Below the pieces are notes generated by a model. The model saw only the letters and a program-made list of their open reading frames with translations. It had not been told where the DNA came from and did no database searches. From the NCBI RefSeq assembly GCF_009914755.1, contig NC_060943.1: a stretch of 64,000 nucleotides of DNA, one strand, 5' to 3'. Both the position numbers and the translations under genes were made by a program. Positions 1-13,000 of the stretch are shown piece by piece; the first letter of the stretch is position 1, and each line of letters starts with the position of its first letter. Source of the stretch: the human T2T-CHM13v2.0 reference genome, Homo sapiens.

Positions 1-41
1 TTCGTTGGAAACGGGATTTCTTCATATTCTGCTAGAAAGAA

Positions 42-47
42 GAATTC
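42..47. other. EcoRI site (GAATTC, inside the palindrome AGAATTCT), once per dimer, defining the classical 340-bp EcoRI alphoid fragment
   Basis: GAATTC at 42, 382, 722 and so on; I did not notice a dimer lacking it. Confidence 0.9.
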
Positions 48-213
48 TCAGTAACTTCCTTGTGTTGTGTGTATTCAACTCACAGAGTTGAACGATCCTT
101 TACACAGAGCAGACTTGAAACACTCTTTTTGTGGAATTTGCAAGTGGAGATTTCAGCCGCTTTGAGTTCAATGGTAGAATAGGAAATATCTTCCTATAGA
201 AACTAGACAGAAT
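43..213 (+). repeat. Representative 171-bp A-type (J1-like) alpha-satellite monomer
   Basis: Starts AATTCTCAGTAACTTCC at 43; the homologous GATTCTCAGAAACTCC starts at 214, 171 bp later. It has no CENP-B box and carries the A-box at 169-185. Confidence 0.9.
169..185 (+). promoter_or_regulatory. A-box (degenerate pJalpha site position) of the A monomer, CAATGGTAGAATAGGAA
   Basis: Occupies the same monomer offset (+126) as the CENP-B box. It matches the pJalpha consensus CTAYGGTGRAAAAGGAA at 14/17 positions. Actual protein binding is unknown. Confidence 0.6.
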
Positions 214-382
214 GATTCTCAGAAACTCCTTTGTGATGTGTGCGTTCAACTCACAGAGTTCAACCTTTCTTTTCATAGAGCAGTTGGGAAACACTCTGTT
301 TGTAAAGTCTGCAAGTGGATATTCAGACTTCTTTGAGGCCTTCGTTGGAAGCGGGATTTCTTCATATTCTGCTAGACAGAAG
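214..382 (+). repeat. Representative 169-bp B-type (J2-like) alpha-satellite monomer
   Basis: Runs from GATTCTCAGAAACTCC (214) to the next AATTCTCAG (383). It contains the CENP-B box at 340-356. Confidence 0.9.
340..356 (+). promoter_or_regulatory. CENP-B box, AAGC version (CTTCGTTGGAAGCGGGA); one box every ~340 bp, ~189 box positions in the window
   Basis: Exact match to the established consensus YTTCGTTGGAARCGGGA, including the nine essential bases NTTCGNNNNANNCGGGN. About 79 boxes are of this AAGC version by manual count. Confidence 0.97.
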
Positions 383-679
383 AATTCTCAGTAACTGCCT
401 TGTGTTGTGTGTATTCAACTCACAGAGTTGAACGATCCTTTACACAGAGCAGACTTGAAACACTCTTTTTGTGGAATTTGCAAGTGGAGATTTCAGCCGC
501 TTTGAGGTCAATGGTAGAATAGGAAATATCTTCCTATAGAAACTAGACAGAATGATTCTCAGAAACTCCTTTGTGATGTGTGCGTTCAACTCACAGAGTT
601 TACCCTTTCTTTTCATAGAGCAGTTAGGAAACACTCTGTTTGTAAAGTCTGCAAGTGGATATTCAGACATCCTTGAGGC

Positions 680-696
680 TTTCGTTGGAAACGGGA
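680..696 (+). promoter_or_regulatory. CENP-B box, AAAC version (TTTCGTTGGAAACGGGA)
   Basis: Exact consensus match; this is the version carried by I- and L-type dimers. Confidence 0.97.
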
Positions 697-3600
697 TTTC
701 TTCATATTCTGCTAGAAAGGAGAATTCTCAGTAACTTCCTTGTGTTGTGTGTATTCAACTCACAGAGTTGAACGATCCTTTACACAGAGCAGACTTGAAG
801 CACTCTTTTTGTGGAATTTGCAAGTGGAGATTTCAGCCGCTTTGAGGTCAATGGTAGAATAGGAAATATCTTCCTATAGAAACTAGACAGAATGATTCTC
901 AGAAACTCCTTTGTGATGTGTGCGTTCAACTCACAGAGTTTAACCTTTCTTTTCATAGAGCAGTTAGGAAACACTCTGTTTGTAAAGTCTGCAAGTGGAT
1001 ATTCAGACATCCTTGAGGCTTTCGTTGGAAACGGGATTTCTTCATATTCTGCTAGAAAAAAGAATTCTCAGTAACTTCCTTGTGTTGTGTGTATTCAACT
1101 CATAGAGTTGAACGATCCTTTACACAGAGCAGACTTGAAACACTCTTTTTGTGGAATTTGCAAGTGGAGATTTCAGCCGCTTTGAGTTCAATGGTAGAAT
1201 AGGAAATATCTTCCTATAGAAACTAGACAGAATGATTCTCAGAAACTCCTTTGTGATGTGTGCGTTCAACTCACAGAGTTCAACCTTTCTTTTCATAGAG
1301 CAGTTGGGAAACACTCTGTTTGTAAAGTCTGCAAGTGGATATTCAGACTTCTTTGAGGCCTTCGTTGGAAGCGGGATTTCTTCATGTTCTGCTAGACAGA
1401 AGAATTCTCAGTAACTGCCTTGTGTTGTGTGTATTCAACTCACAGAGTTGAACGATCCTTTACACAGAGCAGACTTGAAACACTCCTTTTGTGGAATTTG
1501 CAAGTGGAGATTTCAGCCGCTTTGAGGTCAATGGTAGAATAGGAAATATCTTCCTATAGAAACTAGACAGAATGATTCTCAGAAACTCCTTTGTGATGTG
1601 TGCGTTCAACTCACAGAGTTTAACCTTTCTTTTCATAGAGCAGTTAGGAAACACTCTGTTTGTAAAGTCTGCAAGTGGATATTCAGACATCCTTGAGGCT
1701 TTCGTTGGAAACGGGATTTCTTCATATTCTGCTAGAAAGAAGAATTCTCAGTAACTTCCTTGTGTTGTGTGTATTCAACTCACAGAGTTGAACGATCCTT
1801 TACACAGAGCAGACTTGAAACACTCTTTTTGTGGAATTTGCAAGTGGAGATTTCAGCCGCTTTGAGGTCAATGGTAGAATAGGAAATATCTTCCTATAGA
1901 AACTAGACAGAATGATTCTCAGAAACTCCTTTGTGATGTGTGCGTTCAACTCACAGAGTTTAACCTTTCTTTTCATAGAGCAGTTAGGAAACACTCTGTT
2001 TGTAAAGTCTGCAAGTGGATATTCAGACCTCCTTGAGGCCTTCGTTGGAAACGGGATTTCTTCATATTCTGCTAGACAGAAGAATTCTCAGTAACTTCCT
2101 TGTGTTGTGTGTATTCAACTCACAGAGTTGAACGATCCTTTACACAGAGCAGACTTGAAACACTCTTTTTGTGGAATTTGCAAGTGGAGATTTCAGCCGC
2201 TTTGAGTTCAATGGTAGAATAGGAAATATCTTCCTATAGAAACTAGACAGAATGATTCTCAGAAACTCCTTTGTGATGTGTGCGTTCAACTCACAGAGTT
2301 CAACCTTTCTTTTCATAGAGCAGTTGGGAAACACTCTGTTTGTAAAGTCTGCAAGTGGATATTCAGACTTCTTTGAGGCCTTCGTTGGAAGCGGGATTTC
2401 TTCATATTCTGCTAGACAGAAGAATTCTCAGTAACTTCCTTGTGTTGTGTGTATTCAACTCACAGAGTTGAACGATCCTTTACACAGAGCAGACTTGAAA
2501 CACTCCTTTTGTGGAATTTGCAAGTGGAGATTTCAGCCGCTTTGAGGTCAATGGTAGAATAGGAAATATCTTCCTATAGAAAGTAGACAAAATGATTCTC
2601 AGAAACTCCTTTGTGATGTGTGCGTTCAACTCACAGAGTTTAACCTTTCTTTTCATAGAGCAGTTAGGAAACACTCTGTTTGTAAAGTCTGCAAGTGGAT
2701 ATTCAGACCTCCTTGAGGCCTTCGTTGGAAACGGGATTTCTTCATATTATGCTAGACAGAAGAATTCTCAGTAACTTCCTTGTGTTGTGTGTATTCAACT
2801 CACAGAGTTGAACGATCCTTTACACAGAGCAGACCTGAAACACTCTTTTTGTGGAATTTGCAATTGGAGATTTCAGCCGCTTTGAGTTCAAGGGTAGAAT
2901 AGGAAATATCTTCCTATAGAAACTAGACAGAATGATTCTCAGAAACTCCTTTGTGATGTGTGCGTTCAACTCACAGAGTTCAACCTTTCTTTTAATAGAG
3001 CAGTTGGGAAACACTCTGTTTGTAAAGTCTGCAAGTGGATATTCAGACTTCTTTGAGGCCTTCGTTGGAAGCGGGATTTCTTCATATTCTGCTAGACAGA
3101 AGAATTCTCAGTAACTTCCTTGTGTTGTGTGTATTCAACTCACAGAGTTGAACGATCCTTTACACAGAGCAGACTTGAAACACTCTTTTTGTGGAATTTG
3201 CAAGTGGAGATTTCAGCCGCTTTGAGGTCAATGGTAGAATAGGAAATATCTTCCTATAGAAACTAGACAGAATGATTCTCAGAAACTCCTTTGTGATGTG
3301 TGCGTTCAACTCACAGAGTTTAACCTTTCTTTTCATAGAGCAGTTAGGAAACACTCTGTTTGTAAAGTCTGCAAGTGGATATTCAGACATCCTTGAGGCT
3401 TTCTTTGGAAACGGGATTTCTTCATATTCTGCTAGAAAGAAGAATTCTCAGTAACTTCCTTGTGTTGTGTGTATTCAACTCACAGAGTTGAACGATCCTT
3501 TACACAGAGCAGACTTGAAACACTCTTTTTGTGGAATTTGCAAGTGGAGATTTCAGCCGCTTTGAGGTCAATGGTAGAATAGGAAATATCTTCCTATAGA

Positions 3601-4029
3601 AAATAGACAGAATGATTCTCAGAAACTCCTTTGTGATGTGTGCGTTCAACTCACAGAGTTTAACCTTTCTTTTCATAGAGCAGTTAGGAAACACTCTGTT
3701 TGTAAAGTCTGCAAGTGGATATTCAGACCTCCTTGAGGCCTTCGTTGGAAACGGGATTTCTTCATATTATGGTAGACAGAAGAATTCTCAGTAACTTCCT
3801 TGTGTTGTGTGTATTCAACTCACAGAGTTGAACGATCCTTTACACAGAGCAGACTTGAAACACTCTTTTTGTGGAATTTGCAAGTGGAGATTTCAGCCGC
3901 TTTGAGGTCAATGGTAGAATAGGAAATATCTTCCTATAGAAACTAGACAGAATGATTCTCAGAAACTCCTTTGTGATGTGTGCGTTCAACTCACAGAGTT
4001 CAACCTTTCTTTTCATAGAGCAGTTGGGA

Positions 4030-7000
4030 AACACTCTGTTTGTAAAGTCTGCAAGTGGATATTCAGACTTCTTTGAGGCCTTCGTTGGAAGCGGGATTTC
4101 TTCATATTCTGCTAGACAGAAGAATTCTCAGTAACTGCCTTGTGTTGTGTGTATTCAACTCACAGAGTTGAACGATCCTTTACACAGAGCAGACTTGAAA
4201 CACTCTTTTTGTGGAATTTGCAAGTGGAGATTTCAGCCGCTTTGAGGTCAATGGTAGAATAGGAAATATCTTCCTATAGAAACTAGACAGAATGATTCTC
4301 AGAAACTCCTTTGTGATGTGTGCGTTCAACTCACAGAGTTTACCCTTTCTTTTCATAGAGCAGTTAGGAAACACTCTGTTTGTAAAGTCTGCAAGTGGAT
4401 ATTCAGACATCCTTGAGGCTTTCGTTGGAAACGGGATTTCTTCATATTCTGCCAGAAAGAAGAATTCTCAGTAACTTCCTTGTGTTGTGTGTATTCAACT
4501 CACAGAGTTGAACGATCCTTTACACAGAGCAGACTTGAAACACTCTTTTTGTGGAATTTGCAAGTGGAGATTTCAGCCGCTTTGAGGTCAATGGTAGAAT
4601 AGGAAATATCTTCCTATAGAAACTAGACAGAATGATTCTCAGAAACTCCTTTGTGATGTGTGCGTTCAACTCACAGAGTTCAACCTTTCTTTTCATAGAG
4701 CAGTTGGGAAACACTCTGTTTGTAAAGTCTGCAAGTGGATATTCAGACTTCTTTGAGGCCTTCGTTGGAAGCGGGATTTCTTCATGTTCTGCTAGACAGA
4801 AGAATTCTCAGTAACTGCCTTGTGTTGTGTGTATTCAACTCACAGAGTTGAACGATCCTTTACACAGAGCAGACTTGAAACACTCCTTTTGTGGAATTTG
4901 CAAGTGGAGATTTCAGCCGCTTTGAGGTCAATGGTAGAATAGGAAATATCTTCCTATAGAAACTAGACAGAATGATTCTCAGAAACTCCTTTGTGATGTG
5001 TGCGTTCAACTCACAGAGTTTAACCTTTCTTTTCATAGAGCAGTTAGGAAACACTCTTTGTAAAGTCTGCAAGTGGATATTCAGACATCCTTGAGGCTTT
5101 CGTTGGAAACGGGATTTCTTCATATTCTGCTAGAAAGAAGAATTCTCAGTAACTTCCTTGTGTTGTGTGTATTCAACTCACAGAGTTGAACGATCCTTTA
5201 CACAGAGCAGACTTGAAACACTCTTTTTGTGGAATTTGCAAGTGGAGATTTCTGCCGCTTTGAGGTCAATGGTAGAATAGGAAATATCTTCCTATAGAAA
5301 CTAGACAGAATGATTCTCAGAAACTCCTTTGTGATGTGTGCGTTCAACTCACAGAGTTTAACCTTTCTGTTCATAGAGCAGTTAGGAAACACTCTGTTTG
5401 TAAAGTCTGCAAGTGGATATTCAGACATCCTTGAGGCTTTCGTTGGAAACGGGATTTCTTCATATTCTGCTAGAAAGAAGAATTCTCAGTAACTTCCTTG
5501 TGTTGTGTGTATTCAACTCACAGAGTTGAACGATCCTTTACACAGAGCAGACTTGAAACACTCTTTTTGTGGAATTTGCAAGTGGAGATTTCAGCCGCTT
5601 TAGTTCAATGGTAGAATAGGAAATATCTTCCTATAGAAACTAGACAGAATGATTCTCAGAAACTCCTTTGTGATGTGTGCGTTCAACTCACAGAGTTCAA
5701 CCTTTCTTTTAATAGAGCAGTTGGGAAACACTCTGTTTGTAAAGTCTGCAAGTGGATATTCAGACTTCTTTGAGGCCTTCGTTGGAAGCGGGATTTCTTC
5801 ATATTCTGCTAGACAGAAGAATTCTCAGTAACTTCCTTGTGTTGTGTGTATTCAACTCACAGAGTTGAACGATCCTTTACACAGAGCAGACTTGAAACAC
5901 TCTTTTTGTGGAATTTGCAAGTGGAGATTTCAGCCGCTTTGAGGTCAATGGTAGAATAGGAAATATCTTCCTATAGAAACTAGACAGAATGATTCTCAGA
6001 AACTCCTTTGTGATGTGTGCGTTCAACTCACAGAGTTTAACCTTTCTTTTCATAGAGCAGTTAGGAAACACTCTGTTTGTAAAGTCTGCAAGTGGATATT
6101 CAGACATCCTTGAGGCTTTCGTTGGAAACGGGATTTCTTCATATTCTGCTAGAAAGAAGAATTCTCAGTAACTTCCTTGTGTTGTGTGTATTCAACTCAC
6201 AGAGTTGAACGATCCTTTACACAGAGCAGACTTGAAACACTCTTTTTGTGGAATTTGCAAGTGGAGATTTCAGCCGCTTTAGTTCAATGGTAGAATAGGA
6301 AATATCTTCCTATAGAAACTAGACAGAATGATTCTCAGAAACTCCTTTGTGATGTGTGCGTTCAACTCACAGAGTTCAACCTTTCTTTTAATAGAGCAGT
6401 TGGGAAACACTCTGTTTGTAAAGTCTGCAAGTGGATATTCAGACTTCTTTGAGGCCTTCGTTGGAAGCGGGATTTCTTCATATTCTGCTAGACAGAAGAA
6501 TTCTCAGTAACTTCCTTGTGTTGTGTGTATTCAACTCACAGAGTTGAACGATCCTTTACACAGAGCAGACTTGAAACACTCTTTTTGTGGAATTTGCAAG
6601 TGGAGATTTCAGCCGCTTTGAGGTCAATGGTAGAATAGGAAATATCTTCCTATAGAAACTAGACAGAATGATTCTCAGAAACTCCTTTGTGATGTGTGCG
6701 TTCAACTCACAGAGTTTAACCTTTCTTTTCATAGAGCAGTTAGGAAACACTCTGTTTGTAAAGTCTGCAAGTGGATATTCAGACATCCTTGAGGCTTTCG
6801 TTGGAAACGGGATTTCTTCATATTCTGCTAGAAAGAAGAATTCTCAGTAACTTCCTTGTGTTGTGTGTATTCAACTCACAGAGTTGAACGATCCTTTACA
6901 CAGAGCAGACTTGAAACACTCTTTTTGTGGAATTTGCAAGTGGAGATTTCAGCCGCTTTGAGGTCAATGGTAGAATAGGAAATATCTTCCTATAGAAAAT

Positions 7001-10000
7001 AGACAGAATGATTCTCAGAAACTCCTTTGTGATGTGTGCGTTCAACTCACAGAGTTTAACCTTTCTTTTCATAGAGCAGTTAGGAAACACTCTGTTTGTA
7101 AAGTCTGCAAGTGGATATTCAGACCTCCTTGAGGCCTTAGTTGGAAACGGGATTTCTTCATATTATGGTAGACAGAAGAATTCTCAGTAACTTCCTTGTG
7201 TTGTGTGTATTCAACTCACAGAGTTGAACGATCCTTTACACAGAGCAGACTTGAAACACTCTTTTTGTGGAATTTGCAAGTGGAGATTTCAGCCGCTTTG
7301 AGGTCAATGGTAGAATAGGAAATATCTTCCTATAGAAAATAGACAGAATGATTCTCAGAAACTCCTTTGTGATGTGTGCGTTCAACTCACAGAGTTTAAC
7401 CTTTCTTTTCATAGAGCAGTTAGGAAACACTCTGTTTGTAAAGTCTGCAAGTGGATATTCAGACCTCCTTGAGGCCTTCGTTGGAAACGGGATTTCTTCA
7501 TATTATGGTAGACAGAAGAATTCTCAGTAACTTCCTTGTGTTGTGTGTATTCAACTCACAGAGTTGAACGATCCTTTACACAGAGCAGACTTGAAACACT
7601 CTTTTTGTGGAATTTGCAAGTGGAGATTTCAGCCGCTTTGAGGTCAATGGTAGAATAGGAAATATCTTCCTATAGAAACTAGACAGAATGATTCTCAGAA
7701 ACTCCTTTGTGATGTGTGCGTTCAACTCACAGAGTTCAACCTTTCTTTTCATAGAGCAGTTGGGAAACACTCTGTTTGTAAAGTCTGCAAGTGGATATTC
7801 AGACTTCTTTGAGGCCTTCGTTGGAAGCGGGATTTCTTCATGTTCTGCTAGACAGAAGAATTCTCAGTAACTGCCTTGTGTTGTGTGTATTCAACTCACA
7901 GAGTTGAACGATCCTTTACACAGAGCAGACTTGAAACACTCCTTTTGTGGAATTTGCAAGTGGAGATTTCAGCCGCTTTGAGGTCAATGGTAGAATAGGA
8001 AATATCTTCCTATAGAAACTAGACAGAATGATTCTCAGAAACTCCTTTGTGATGTGTGCGTTCAACTCACAGAGTTTAACCTTTCTTTTCATAGAGCAGT
8101 TAGGAAACACTCTGTTTGTAAAGTCTGCAAGTGGATATTCAGACATCCTTGAGGCTTTCGTTGGAAAAGGGATTTCTTCATATTCTGCTAGAAAGAAGAA
8201 TTCTCAGTAACTTCCTTGTGTTGTGTGTATTCAACTCACAGAGTTGAACGATCCTTTACACAGAGCAGACTTGAAACACTCTTTTTGTGGAATTTGCAAG
8301 TGGAGATTTCAGCCGCTTTGAGGTCAATGGTAGAATAGGAAATATCTTCCTATAGAAACTAGACAGAATGATTCTCAGAAACTCCTTTGTGATGTGTGCG
8401 TTCAACTCACAGAGTTTAACCTTTCTTTTCATAGAGCAGTTAGGAAACACTCTGTTTGTAAAGTCTGCAAGTGGATATTCAGACATCCTTGAGGCTTTCG
8501 TTGGAAACGGGATTTCTTCATATTCTGCTAGAAAGAAGAATTCTCAGTAACTTCCTTGTGTTGTGTGTATTCAACTCACAGAGTTGAACGATCCTTTACA
8601 CAGAGCAGACTTGAAACACTCTTTTTGTGGAATTTGCAAGTGGAGATTTCAGCCGCTTTGAGGTCAATGGTAGAATAGGAAATATCTTCCTATAGAAACT
8701 AGACAGAATGATTCTCAGAAACTCCTTTGTGATGTGTGCGTTCAACTCACAGAGTTTAACCTTTCTTTTCATAGAGCAGTTGGGAAACACTCTGTTTGTA
8801 AAGTCTGCAAGTGGATATTCAGACATCCTTGAGGCTTTCGTTGGAAACGGGATTTCTTCATATTCTGCTAGAAAGAAGAATTCTCAGTAACTTCCTTGTG
8901 TTGTGTGTATTCAACTCACAGAGTTGAACGATCCTTTACACAGAGCAGACTTGAAACACTCTTTTTGTGGAATTTGCAAGTGGAGATTTCAGCCGCTTTG
9001 AGTTCAATGGTAGAATAGGAAATATCTTCCTATAGAAACTACACAGAATGATTCTCAGAAACTCCTTTGTGATGTGTGCGTTCAACTCACAGAGTTCAAC
9101 CTTTCTTTTCATAGAGCAGTTGGGAAACACTCTGTTTGTAAAGTCTGCAAGTGGATATTCAGACTTCTTTGAGGCCTTCGTTGGAAGCGGGATTTCTTCA
9201 TGTTCTGCTAGACAGAAGAATTCTTAGAAACTTCCTTGTGTTGTGTGTTTTCAACTCACAGAGTTGAACGATCCTTTACACAGAGCAGACTTGAAACACT
9301 CCTTTTGTGGAATTTGCAAGTGGAGATTTCAGCCGCTTTGAGGTCAATGGTAGAATAGGAAATATCTTCCTATAGAAAGTAGACAGAATGATTCTCAGAA
9401 ACTCCTTTGTGATGTGTGCGTTCAACTCACAGAGTTTAACCTTTCTTTTCATAGAGCAGTTAGGAAACACTCTGTTTGTAAAGTCTGCAAGTGGATATTC
9501 AGACCTCCTTGAGGCCTTCGTTGGAAACGGGATTTCTTCATATTCTGCTAGACAGAAGAATTCTCAGTAACTTCCTTGTGTTGTGTGTATTCAACTCACA
9601 GAGTTGAACGATCCTTTACACAGAGCAGACTTGAAACACTCTTTTTGTGGAATTTGCAAGTGGAGATTTCACCCGCTTTGAGGTCAATGGTAGAATAGGA
9701 AATATCTTCCTATAGAAACTAGACAGAATGATTCTCAGAAACTCCTTTGTGATGTGTGCGTTCAACTCACAGAGTTCAACCTTTCTTTTCATAGAGCAGT
9801 TAGGAAACACTCTGTTTGTAAAGTCTGCAAGTGGATATTCAGACATCCTTGAGGCTTTCGTTGGAAACGGGATTTCTTCATATTATGCTAGAAAGAAGAA
9901 TTCTCAGTAACTTCCTTGTGTTGTGTGTATTCAACTCACAGAGTTGAACGATCCTTTACACAGAGCAGACTTGAAACACTCTTTTTGTGGAATTTGCAAG

Positions 10001-13000
10001 TGGAGATTTCAGCCGCTTTGAGGTCAATGGTAGAATAGGAAATATCTTCCTATAGAAACTAGACAGAATGATTCTCAGAAACTCCTTTGTGATGTGTGCG
10101 TTCAACTCACAGAGTTTAACCTTTCTTTTCATAGAGCAGTTGGGAAACACTCTGTTTGTAAAGTCTGCAAGTGGATATTCAGACATCCTTGAGGCTTTCG
10201 TTGGAAACGGGATTTCTTCATATTCTGCTAGAAAGAAGAATTCTCAGTAACTTCCTTGTGTTGTGTGTATTCAACTCACAGAGTTGCACGATCCTTTACA
10301 CAGAGCAGACTTGAAACACTCTTTTTGTGGAATTTGCAAGTGGAGATTTCAGCCGCTTTGAGTTCAATGGTAGAATAGGAAATATCTTCCTATAGAAACT
10401 AGACAGAATGATTCTCAGAAACTCCTTTGTGATGTGTGCGTTCAACTCACAGAGTTCAACCTTTCCTTTCATAGAGCAGTTGGGAAACACTCTGTTTGTA
10501 AAGTCTGCAAGTGGATATTCAGACTTCTTTGAGGCCTTCGTTGGAAGCGGGATTTCTTCATGTTCTGCTAGACAGAAGAATTCTCAGAAACTTCCTTGTG
10601 TTGTGTGTTTTCAACTCACAGAGTTGAACGATCCTTTACACAGAGCAGACTTGAAACACTCCTTTTGTGGAATTTGCAAGTGGAGATTTCAGCCGCTTTG
10701 AGGTCAATGGTAGAATAGGAAATATCTTCCTATAGAAACTAGACAGAATGATTCTGAGAAATCCTTTGTGATGTGTGCGTTCAACTCACAGAGTTTAACC
10801 TTTCTTTTCATAGAGCAGTTAGGAAACACTCTGTTTTTAAAGTCTTCAAGTGGATATTCAGACCTCCTTGAGGCCTTCGTTGGAAACGGGATTTCTTCAT
10901 ATTATGCTAGACAGAGGAATTCTCAGGAACTTCCTTGTGTTGTGTGTATTCAACTCACAGAGTTGAACGATCCTTTACACAGAGCAGACTTGAAACACTC
11001 TTTTTGTGGAATTTGCAAGTGGAGATTTCAGCCGCTTTGAGTTCAATGGTAGAATAGGAAATATCTTCCTATAGAAAGTACACAGAATGATTCTCAGAAA
11101 CTGCTTTGTGATGTGTGCGTTCAACTCACAGAGTTCAACCTTTCTTTTCATAGAGCAGTTGGGAAACACTCTGTTTGTAAAGTCTGCAAGTGGATATTCA
11201 GACTTCTTTGAGGCCTTCGTTGGAAGCGGGATTTCTTCATGTTCTGCTAGACAGAAGAATTCTCAGAAACTTCCTTGTGTTGTGTGTTTTCAACTCACAG
11301 AGTTGAACGATCCTTTACACAGAGCAGACTTGAAACACTCCTTTTGTGGAATTTGCAAGTGGAGATTTCAGCCGCTTTGAGGTCAATGGTAGAATAGGAA
11401 ATATCTTCCTATAGAAAGTAGACAGAATGATTCTCAGAAACTCCTTTGTGATGTGTGCGTTCAACTCACAGAGTTTAACCTTTCTTTTCATAGAGCAGTT
11501 AGGAAACACTCTGTTTGTAAAGTCTGCAAGTGGATATTCAGACCTCCTTGAGGCCTTCGTTGGAAACAGGATTTCTTCATATTCTGCTAGACAGAAGAAT
11601 TCTCAGTAACTTCCTTGTGTTGTGTGTATTCAACTCACAGAGTTGAACGATCCTTTACACAGAGCAGACTTGAAACACTCTTTTTGTGGAATTTGCAAGT
11701 GGAGATTTCAGCCGCTTTGAGGTCAATGGTAGAATAGGAAATATCTTCCTATAGAAACTAGACAGAATGATTCTCAGAAACTCCTTTGTGATGTGTGCGT
11801 TCAACTCACAGAGTTCAACCTTTCTTTTCATAGAGCAGTTGGGAAACACTCTGTTTGTAAAGTCTGCAAGTGGATATTCAGACTTCTTTGAGGCCTTCGT
11901 TGGAAGCGGGATTTCTTCATATTCTGCTAGACAGAAGAATTCTCAGTAACTGCCTTGTGTTGTGTGTATTCAACTCACAGAGTTGAACGATCCTTTACAC
12001 AGAGCAGACTTGAAACACTCTTTTTGTGGAATTTGCAAGTGGAGATTTCAGCCGCTTTGAGGTCAATGGTAGAATAGGAAATATCTTCCTATAGAAACTA
12101 GACAGAATGATTCTCAGAAACTCCTTTGTGATGTGTGCGTTCAACTCACAGAGTTCAACCTTTCTTTTCATAGAGCAGTTGGGAAACACTCTGTTTGTAA
12201 AGTCTGCAAGTGGATATTCAGACTTCTTTGAGGCCTTCGTTGGAAGCGGGATTTCTTCATATTCTGCTAGACAGAAGAATTCTCAGTAACTGCCTTGTGT
12301 TGTGTGTATTCAACTCACAGAGTTGAACGATCCTTTACACAGAGCAGACTTGAAACACTCTTTTTGTGGAATTTGCAAGTGGAGATTTCAGCCGCTTTGA
12401 GGTCAATGGTAGAATAGGAAATATCTTCCTATAGAAACTAGACAGAATGATTCTCAGAAACTCCTTTGTGATGTGTGCGTTCAACTCACAGAGTTTAACC
12501 TTTCTTTTCATAGAGCAGTTAGGAAACACTCTGTTTGTAAAGTCTGCAAGTGGATATTCAGACATCCTTGAGGCTTTCGTTGGAAACGGGATTTCTTCAT
12601 ATTCTGCTAGAAAGAAGAATTCTCAGTAACTTCCTTGTGTTGTGTGTATTCAACTCACGGAGTTGAACGATCCTTTACACAGAGCAGACTTGAAACACTC
12701 TTTTTGTGGAATTTGCAAGTGGAGATTTCAGCCGCTTTGAGGTCAATGGTAGAATAGGAAATATCTTCCTATAGAAACTAGACAGAATGATTCTCAGAAA
12801 CTTCTTTGTGATGTGTGCGTTCAACTCACACAGTTTAACCTTTCTTTTCATAGAGCAGTTAGGAAACACTCTGTTTGTAAAGTCTGCAAGTGGATATTCA
12901 GACCTCCTTGAGGCCTTCGTTGGAAACGGGATTTCTTCATATTATGCTAGACAGAAGAATTCTCAGTAACTTCCTTGTGTTGTGTGTATTCAACTCACAG

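Noticed and set aside
60-73. TG-rich tract TTGTGTTGTGTGTA as a microsatellite or Z-DNA element
   Set aside because: It is short, interrupted, invariant in length, and part of the normal monomer consensus.
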